Of a stretch of DNA of 63,643 nucleotides, positions 18,268 through 24,163 are shown piece after piece. The notes beneath the pieces are model-generated. The model made no database searches and was not told the origin of the DNA. It was given only the letters and a program-made list of their open reading frames with translations. The stretch's first letter is position 1; the number at the start of each line of letters is the position of its first letter. Origin of the DNA: Patescibacteria group bacterium (lineage in GTDB: Bacteria > Patescibacteriota > Microgenomatia > UBA1400 > PJMF01); contig JAHDXH010000004.1 of the NCBI GenBank assembly GCA_023382875.1, forward strand, positions 1 through 63,643, written 5' to 3'. The translations under genes were made by a program, and so were the position numbers.

Positions 18268-18431
18268 TGAATGTTCACGCTGTTCCCGTTGCCAGCTGTA
18301 TTGGGTGATTTATTACCTTTGGACTTTTGATTGAAGAATCTAATGTGGAAGAGATGAACCGTTACTGAACCAACAAGGCTGCCTAGACCAAAACTTATGA
18401 CCAACTTAAATATTTCTGGATTAATTTGCAC
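18264..18431 (-). CDS. Candidate 55-aa single-pass membrane peptide, first gene of the cassette
   Basis: This ORF is not in the supplied track. GTG at 18431 is preceded by AGGAG (18440-18436), with an alternative TTG at 18404. Translation: MQINPEIFKLVISFGLGSLVGSVTVHLFHIRFFNQKSKGNKSPNTAGNGNSVNIQ. It has one hydrophobic helix. The stop TGA overlaps the next ATG. Confidence 0.45.
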   Translation of the reverse strand: MQINPEIFKLVISFGLGSLVGSVTVHLFHIRFFNQKSKGNKSPNTAGNGNSVNIQ

Positions 18432-18499
18432 ACAGCTCCTGACTTTTGATATTTACAATTATAAACTTATTCTTGATACTTGGAAAAGGAATTTAATAG

Positions 18500-18519
18500 T
18501 TATTTACTAGAGTAAATAA
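18500..18519. promoter_or_regulatory. Perfect 9-bp inverted repeat (TTATTTACT-ag-AGTAAATAA) abutting the start codon at 18521
   Basis: Read directly from the sequence. The arms are 18500-18508 and 18511-18519. It sits in the divergent intergenic region between the cassette and the 127-aa ORF. Confidence 0.5.
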
Positions 18520-18520
18520 T

Positions 18521-18904
18521 ATGACTGATACGAATTTTTTTAAAGGTGAAATTATAGTAGGAACTCACAGAACCCGGGCAACCGCTCGTCATCCAATAAT
18601 CTTTTGGGACAAGAGAGATGATCATACCTTTTTAGGATTAGTGCTCACACATTCTTCAAGAGAAAATAACCACATGATGAAAAGCGAGCACTTTAAAGTC
18701 AGTTTGCTTAAAAATTTCAATTTTGACCCCCAAAACCCAACTTATCTGGTTGCAGAAGTTTTTATAAAACCAGATCATTGGGGACCGTATAAAAAAGTAG
18801 GAGATCTCACAAAAGAAGGTATAGCTTTTGTTGAAAACTTAGTTTCTAATAATAAACCCCTTTATTGGTTTGAATTTAGAGAATTCAGTAAAAACAGGTG
18901 CTGA
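18521..18904 (+). CDS. Hypothetical protein, weak PemK/MazF-like N-terminal pattern
   Basis: 127-aa ORF. The pattern FKGEIIVG..ARHPIIFW..FLGLVLTHSS loosely matches the GDI..RP.lVl..v.v.plTs layout of PemK-like SH3 barrels. No adjacent antitoxin ORF. Confidence 0.5.
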   Translation: MTDTNFFKGEIIVGTHRTRATARHPIIFWDKRDDHTFLGLVLTHSSRENNHMMKSEHFKVSLLKNFNFDPQNPTYLVAEVFIKPDHWGPYKKVGDLTKEGIAFVENLVSNNKPLYWFEFREFSKNRC

Positions 18905-19009
18905 TTTCCTCTAAGGCAAAGAGCATTTTTCTCTAAAACTTTTTTTCCTCGTAAATATCTCCCCAGCAACCATCTTTATGCACCTCATGTTCGTGGTCGT
19001 TTAAACCTC

Positions 19010-19018
19010 TGTTATACT
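19010..19018 (+). promoter_or_regulatory. Extended -10 box (TGtTATACT) 6 nt upstream of ATG 19025
   Basis: TGtTATACT at 19010-19018, spacer tttcct, then ATG. No SD. Confidence 0.4.
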
Positions 19019-19024
19019 TTTCCT

Positions 19025-19516
19025 ATGTTTTCACCACAACCAAACAACCAATCAACTAAAGAAAATCCAGTTGGACGATTTATGGTGGCGAGCGGAGCAG
19101 TAATCGAACAAAACAACACCGGCAAAATTCTTCTTGTCCAAAGAGCTAGTAGTTTAGATTGGCAACCCAATGAATGGGAAATTATGTATGGCAGAATTGA
19201 CCAATTTGAAGACACAGAGTCTGGTTTGAAAAGAGAAGTTAGAGAAGAGGTTGGCATCACTGATTTGGAAATAGTCGAAGTTCTGACGGTCTGGCACATT
19301 TTTAGAGGCAGTGAAAAGATTGCAGAAAATGAGTTGATTGGTATTACTTATCATTGCCGAACAAATCAACTTGAACCTGTTCTCTCAAATGAACACCAGG
19401 CATTCAAGTGGGTGACTCCAGAAGAGGCTTTGGATCTAGTGAAAGTGGATGGCATAAGAAGAGATATTAAAAAGTTCGGCAGTAAACAACTCTTAATTTT
19501 TTCAACTTTGAGATAA
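19025..19516 (+). CDS. NUDIX hydrolase
   Basis: 163 aa. Nudix box GRIDQFEDTESGLKREVREEVGI. Confidence 0.85.
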   Translation: MFSPQPNNQSTKENPVGRFMVASGAVIEQNNTGKILLVQRASSLDWQPNEWEIMYGRIDQFEDTESGLKREVREEVGITDLEIVEVLTVWHIFRGSEKIAENELIGITYHCRTNQLEPVLSNEHQAFKWVTPEEALDLVKVDGIRRDIKKFGSKQLLIFSTLR

Positions 19517-19542
19517 TAATAAGTATAAAAAACAATCACTCT

Positions 19543-19974
19543 ATGACCACAATCAACCCCTGGATCAACTTCAACGGCAATGCCGAAGAAGCTTTCACCT
19601 TTTACAAATCAGTCTTTGGCGGTGAATTTACCAAAATCATTCGTTTCAAAGATATTGCCACTGAAGAATTTCCAGTTCCAGAAAATGAAGCTAACAAAAT
19701 TATGTACATTGCTTTGCCGATTGGTGAGAGTAACGTTTTAATCGCCAACGACGTGCCAGAAGTTTTGGGTAGAGTTAATGAGCGTGAAAATCGCAGTAAA
19801 ATTTTTGTTAGCACTGATAGTAAAGAGGAAGCTGACAGATTATTTAACGGTCTTTCTCAACAAGGAGAAGTAGAAGGGCCAATGGGCGATAGTCCTTGGG
19901 GTTCTTATGCAGGCGTGTTCAGAGACAAATATGGAATTGAATGGATCATCGATTTTTCACCTAAAAATAAATAA
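19543..19974 (+). CDS. VOC/glyoxalase-fold protein (PhnB-like)
   Basis: 143 aa. The N-terminus INPWINFNGNAEEAFTFYKSVFGGE and the C-terminus DKYGIEWII are typical of PhnB-like VOC proteins. Confidence 0.8.
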   Translation: MTTINPWINFNGNAEEAFTFYKSVFGGEFTKIIRFKDIATEEFPVPENEANKIMYIALPIGESNVLIANDVPEVLGRVNERENRSKIFVSTDSKEEADRLFNGLSQQGEVEGPMGDSPWGSYAGVFRDKYGIEWIIDFSPKNK

Positions 19975-19995
19975 GTAATTTAAGGGGAAGCTGCC

Positions 19996-20445
19996 ATGCA
20001 AAAAATAGTACCTAATCTCTGGTTTTCCAGAAATGCTCAGGAGGCTGTCGAATTTTACACATCAGTCTTCAAAGACAGCAAAATTGTTAATACCACTTAT
20101 TATCCTAACGATGGCTTGGCTGATTTTCAAAAAGATTTTGCGGGCAAAGTTTTGACCATCGACTTTGAACTTAATGGTCAACTTTTTGTCGCCATTAATG
20201 CTGGTGACGAATTCAAATTCACCGAAGCGATTTCTTTAGCTGTGTTTTGTAAAGACCAGGCAGAAATTGATTATTACTGGAGCAAACTTTCCACTGTTCC
20301 TGCTTCTGAACAATGTGGTTGGTGCAAAGACAAATATGGTTTGAGTTGGCAAATTGTTCCAGAAAATATGGATGAATTGATGAAAAAACCTGGCGCCTTT
20401 GATGTGATGATGGGGCAGAAAAAAATTGTGATCGCTGAGTATTAA
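19996..20445 (+). CDS. VOC-fold protein (3-demethylubiquinone-9 3-methyltransferase-like domain)
   Basis: 149 aa. IVPNLWFSRNAQEAVEFYTSVF and CGWCKDKYGLSWQIVP are typical of this family. Confidence 0.8.
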   Translation: MQKIVPNLWFSRNAQEAVEFYTSVFKDSKIVNTTYYPNDGLADFQKDFAGKVLTIDFELNGQLFVAINAGDEFKFTEAISLAVFCKDQAEIDYYWSKLSTVPASEQCGWCKDKYGLSWQIVPENMDELMKKPGAFDVMMGQKKIVIAEY

Positions 20446-20464
20446 GCTCAAATTTACTTTGATT

Positions 20465-20501
20465 AAAAAACCACCTGCGAACGCCACAGGTGGTTTTTTT
20501 T
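20465..20501. terminator. Bidirectional intrinsic terminator between convergent genes
   Basis: Stem ccacctg (20471-20477) pairs with caggtgg (20487-20493), with a 9-nt loop. An A-run precedes it and a T-run follows at 20494-20501. Confidence 0.7.
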
Positions 20502-20528
20502 GTTAGTTAACTGTCGGATCGGCTTAAT

Positions 20529-21389
20529 TTATTTATTTGAGTGAGAGTTTTTGACAGTGCTACTTACACACAATCCTTGGTTTCTGAATCCGAAGAAAAG
20601 TGATAGCCAGCCACCTTTTTTACAATCATCTTTACTCTCAGGCATAGTGCTTGGAGAAGGTGAGGGACTCACTGAAGGTGTTGGCGATGGAGAAGGAGTC
20701 ACAGTAGGTTCAAAGTCGTAAGTAGTAACATCAGTGTCTGTGTTGACTACCACTTTGTCTAAGTAACCATCCAAGCCTTGATCGTTAGCAGAGGTGTCTC
20801 CGACATTAAGAGCAAACATTCTAATGGTTGAGTTCGCGCTTAGGCTATCCATGTCTGCGGGACTAGCAGGACAGGTAAATGGTGACGAGATGCTTTGTGT
20901 GACTGGGTAAACCGCATTGGGGTCAAAGGTAACTGTAGTGAAATCAGTTGTAGAGCCCATACTTGGAACTACGTTGTAGCGACAATCATAAAACTTGTTG
21001 TCAGCAGATACGCCAAAGTTGGCATAAACATTCATATAGAAATGTTGCTTATCATCGTTAGTACCACCACTGCCGACCTTAAAGTCGTAGTTAATGCTAT
21101 TAACATTGGCGATTTTAGTATTTATAAAGTTTTCACCGACAAATTTGTCGGCAGGATTATCGCTAATTGGGAGAACATATAAACTGCCAGAGCCAATGCT
21201 GGCACTGTCAGTATTAAATTCAAATTCTGTGCTGGTATTGAGGTCACGGTTAAATAACCAGCCTGGCTCATCTTCACCAAGCGCAGTATCAGCTGAAACT
21301 TTAATTGTGGTCGCGGCAAACGCTACTGACGATGCTAGGGCAAACAGCCCTATCAGCCACAAAAAACTACTAAGAATCTTTTTTTTCAT
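20529..21389 (-). CDS. Secreted hypothetical protein with Pro/Ser/Thr linker
   Basis: 286 aa. It has a signal peptide (MKKKILSSFLWLIGLFALASSVAFA), a beta-rich body, the linker PSPSPTPSVSPSPSPS, and a Cys-containing tail. Confidence 0.7.
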   Translation of the reverse strand: MKKKILSSFLWLIGLFALASSVAFAATTIKVSADTALGEDEPGWLFNRDLNTSTEFEFNTDSASIGSGSLYVLPISDNPADKFVGENFINTKIANVNSINYDFKVGSGGTNDDKQHFYMNVYANFGVSADNKFYDCRYNVVPSMGSTTDFTTVTFDPNAVYPVTQSISSPFTCPASPADMDSLSANSTIRMFALNVGDTSANDQGLDGYLDKVVVNTDTDVTTYDFEPTVTPSPSPTPSVSPSPSPSTMPESKDDCKKGGWLSLFFGFRNQGLCVSSTVKNSHSNK

Positions 21390-21573
21390 AGAACTTCCTC
21401 CTCCTTTTGGAAATTAATAATTAATTTTTTTTCAGGTGCTGTGCCTGAGATTACATTCAAGCATTTTCATACCGGTAGTTTGTACAAGGAAATGTAAGAA
21501 TTAAGTAAGTCACTGCTTTTGAATGTTAAAATTATTTAAAGTGAAAATTAAAAATTAAACAAAAAAGGTAAAT

Positions 21574-21954
21574 ATGTCTAAATACGTCGATGGTTTCTTA
21601 TTAGTTGTTCCTAAAGATAAGGCAGAAGAGTATAGAAAAATGGCTGAGATGGGTCGTGACTCTTGGATGAAGCATGGCGCTTTAGAATATTTCGAGTGCC
21701 GTGGTAACGATCTCAAACCTCAAGAAATGGGTGAGGAAAAAACTCGTCATTTCGCTGACGTCGCAGGCGCTAGCGGTGAAGAAGATGTGTGGTTTTCCTT
21801 TATCGTTTTCAAATCAAAAGAACATCGCGATGAAGTTAACTCCAAAGTGATGGCCGAAATGTCTGAATCAATGAAAGATTTTGATGAAGCTAAAATGCCA
21901 GTAGACATGAAGCGCATGGCTTATGGTGGCTTCCAAGTTGAAGTCGAGGGCTAA
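21574..21954 (+). CDS. DUF1428 family protein
   Basis: 126 aa. The N-terminus YVDGFLLVVPKDKAEEYRKMAE and the C-terminal AYGGF match the DUF1428 pattern. An AAAGG SD is present. Confidence 0.8.
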   Translation: MSKYVDGFLLVVPKDKAEEYRKMAEMGRDSWMKHGALEYFECRGNDLKPQEMGEEKTRHFADVAGASGEEDVWFSFIVFKSKEHRDEVNSKVMAEMSESMKDFDEAKMPVDMKRMAYGGFQVEVEG

Positions 21955-21980
21955 ATAAACAAGTTAGTTTGTTTATTTTT
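21953..21980. terminator. AT-rich hairpin between convergent genes (weak terminator candidate)
   Basis: aaataaacaa (21953-21962) pairs with ttgtttattt (21969-21978), followed by T residues. The stem is almost entirely A-T pairs and overlaps the stop of the minus-strand gene. Confidence 0.3.
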
Positions 21981-22176
21981 CAAACTCCAAAATATCGCCT
22001 GGCTGACAATCTAAAACTTCACAAATTGCTTCTAAAGTTGAAAAACGAATGGCTTTGGCTTTGCCATTTTTGAGAACAGAAAGATTAGCCATAGTAATGC
22101 CGACTTTATTTGAAAGCTCGGTCATACTCATTTTTCGCTGAGCCAAAATGACATCTAAATTAATTTTAATTGACAT
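21973..22176 (-). CDS. XRE-family HTH transcriptional regulator (YozG-like)
   Basis: 67 aa. The HTH reads MSMTELSNKVGITMANLSVLKNGKAKAIRFSTLEAICEVLDCQPGDILEF. Confidence 0.85.
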   Translation of the reverse strand: MSIKINLDVILAQRKMSMTELSNKVGITMANLSVLKNGKAKAIRFSTLEAICEVLDCQPGDILEFEK

Positions 22177-22214
22177 AATTTTTTTCGACAGTTTTCCTAA
22201 ATAATTTTAGGAAA

Positions 22215-22694
22215 TTAAACAGTCAGATCATTTTCTGATTTTAGATCAACAGCGTTTTGCAACAATTTTTGGAAAATACTAGCTGTAGTAGCAATGACAA
22301 AAGAAGCGAAAGCGATGACGCCTGCGATTAAGACAACTCCTGGCGAATCATCGTCTTGAGCAAACATGAAGACATAAGGTAAAGCTAAAGCAATAAAAAT
22401 AGAGAAGAGCACTGCACAGCGTTTGATGTTTCTAAAAACAAGCACGCCCTTTTTTGTGAAGGCAATGTTTTTATCAATGTAGCCTAAAAATTTAATAGCT
22501 TGAAAAATTGCGAAGAAAAACGGCACCGAAGTTAGGTAAACATATGCTAAGAATGGATCATTGAAGTAAAGACTAATGGGATCAGAGTTGGCGTTTCTAC
22601 CTTCGACTTGGGGGAACCAAAGCAAGAAAGTTAAAACAATTGCAGCAATAAAAACCAAAACAGATTTTAAAAATAAAGTTGAAGTTTTTTTCAT
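22215..22694 (-). CDS. DUF2975-like membrane protein
   Basis: About 159 aa from ATG 22694 (the track extends to 22736), with 4 TM helices. It sits immediately upstream of a small YozG-like HTH, which is the usual pairing for this family. Confidence 0.65.
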   Translation of the reverse strand: MKKTSTLFLKSVLVFIAAIVLTFLLWFPQVEGRNANSDPISLYFNDPFLAYVYLTSVPFFFAIFQAIKFLGYIDKNIAFTKKGVLVFRNIKRCAVLFSIFIALALPYVFMFAQDDDSPGVVLIAGVIAFASFVIATTASIFQKLLQNAVDLKSENDLTV

Positions 22695-22789
22695 AAAACA
22701 CATTAGTTTGTATTTATATTTGTGATTATAAACCATTATTTATCGTTTATCAATATATAATTATTGTTTTTCGATATAAAGATGGCACA

Positions 22790-22798
22790 TGTTAGAAT
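22790..22798 (+). promoter_or_regulatory. Extended -10 box (TGtTAGAAT) 6 nt upstream of ATG 22805
   Basis: TGtTAGAAT at 22790-22798, spacer gaaact, then ATG. No SD. Confidence 0.4.
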
Positions 22799-22804
22799 GA
22801 AACT

Positions 22805-23155
22805 ATGGAAAATCACAAAGTATTCGCAATGGCTTTTGCTCGCATTTACCCACTTTATATTACGAAGGTAGAGAGGAAAGGTCGCACTAAAAAAGAATTA
22901 GATGAAGTTATTCGTTGGTTAACTGGATATTCACAAAAACAGTTGGAGTTACAAATCGAAAAAGAAAACACACTTGAAAGATTTTTTGCCGAAGCCCCAG
23001 AAATGAACCCAAATCGTTCGTTGATCACTGGTGTGATTTGCGGTGTTAGATTGGAAGAGATTGAAAATCCATTAATGAGGGAAATTCGCTACCTAGATAA
23101 ATTGGTTGACGAATTGGCCAAGGGTAGACCAATGGAGAAAATTCTAAGAAAGTAG
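22805..23155 (+). CDS. DUF2200 family protein
   Basis: 116 aa. [35 protein letters not shown] matches the DUF2200 signature. Confidence 0.8.
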   Translation: MENHKVFAMAFARIYPLYITKVERKGRTKKELDEVIRWLTGYSQKQLELQIEKENTLERFFAEAPEMNPNRSLITGVICGVRLEEIENPLMREIRYLDKLVDELAKGRPMEKILRK

Positions 23156-23157
23156 TT

Positions 23158-23166
23158 TGTTATACT
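23158..23166 (+). promoter_or_regulatory. Extended -10 box (TGtTATACT) 6 nt upstream of ATG 23173
   Basis: TGtTATACT at 23158-23166, spacer agaacc, then ATG. No SD. Confidence 0.4.
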
Positions 23167-23172
23167 AGAACC

Positions 23173-23727
23173 ATGACAAATCTAACCTCCGAACAGACAT
23201 CTGAACTATTACAAACTTTGGCGGAACGATTCAAGAAAAATATGGATCGCCACCCAGGTTTGAAATGGGAAAATATCCAAACTAAGTTAGAAGCAAACCC
23301 CAAAAAACTTTGGTCACTTAGCCAAATGGAATCTACTGGCGGTGAACCCGATGTTGTTGCCTACGATAAAAAAACTGATACATATATTTTCTTCGATTGC
23401 TCTCCAGAAAGTCCAAAGGGCAGAAGAAGTCTTTGTTATGACGAAAAAGCTTTAAACTCTCGAAAAGAGTTTAAGCCGAAAGACTCCGCCACTAACTTAG
23501 CAAAAAATATGGGTGTTGAGCTTTTGAATGAAGAAGAATATCGTTATCTCCAGTCACTAGGAGAATTTGATCTCAAAACTTCAAGCTGGATAGAAACACC
23601 AGAAGAGATTAGAAAACATGGTGGAGCTGTTTATCAAGATCGTCGTTACAACCACGTTTTCCTTTATCATAACGGTGCTGAATCTTATTATGCAGTCCGT
23701 GGTTTTAGGACTTCGCTTAAAGTTTAA
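23173..23727 (+). CDS. DUF4256 family protein
   Basis: 184 aa. The stretches MESTGGEPDVV, FFDCSPESPKGRRSLCYD, KTSSWIETPEEIRKHGGA and YHNGAESYYAVRGFR match the DUF4256 pattern. Confidence 0.8.
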   Translation: MTNLTSEQTSELLQTLAERFKKNMDRHPGLKWENIQTKLEANPKKLWSLSQMESTGGEPDVVAYDKKTDTYIFFDCSPESPKGRRSLCYDEKALNSRKEFKPKDSATNLAKNMGVELLNEEEYRYLQSLGEFDLKTSSWIETPEEIRKHGGAVYQDRRYNHVFLYHNGAESYYAVRGFRTSLKV

Positions 23728-23734
23728 AACCAAA

Positions 23735-24159
23735 ATGGCAGAGCTAAGAACAAAACTTACTACACAAAAAGCCGAAGATTTTTTAGTACCATTGAGCCAG
23801 AAGATAAGAAGCAAGATAGTTTTAAACTGTTGGAAATGATGGAGGAAATCACGGGTCAAAAAGCCCAAATGTGGGGGACAAGTATTGTTGGATTTGGTAA
23901 ATATCACTACAAATCTGAGCGGAGCGCACAAGAAGGCGACTGGCCACTAATTGGTTTTTCACCCAGAAAGCAAAATCTGACTTTATATATGATGACTGGT
24001 TTTGCTGAAGTCCAAAGTTTGTTGGAAAAACTTGGTAAGCACAAAACTAGTGTTGGTTGTTTATATCTCAAAAAATTGGCCGATGTTGATTTGGAAATTT
24101 TGTCTAAGTTGATCAAAAATTCTTACGAACAGATGAGGAAAATTCACGGCGTCAAATAA
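23735..24159 (+). pseudogene. DUF1801 (YdhG-like) gene interrupted by a frameshift in a T6 run
   Basis: ATG 23735 gives MAELRTKLTTQKAEDFL in one frame. The family-typical continuation (STIEPEDKKQDSFKLLEMMEEITGQKAQMWGTSIVGFGKYHY...GFSPRKQNLTLY) lies in another frame. The frames switch at the homopolymer tttttt at 23779-23784. One extra T would restore a single ORF. Confidence 0.7.
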
Positions 24160-24163
24160 TTAT

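Noticed and set aside
18905-19012. I searched for a direct repeat of the tRNA-Asn 3' end (att-like) and for an integrase to delimit a mobile island.
   Set aside because: Only a 6-nt ctcccc coincidence was seen near 18965. No integrase, recombinase or transposase ORF occurs anywhere in the window, so mobility cannot be supported.
21425-21470. Hairpin tcagg-tgctgtg-cctga in the 184-nt intergenic region, considered as a small RNA such as 4.5S/SRP RNA.
   Set aside because: It lacks the conserved SRP domain IV motifs (GGAA/AGCA) and the stem is very short. It is more likely part of the 5' UTR of the minus-strand secreted-protein gene.
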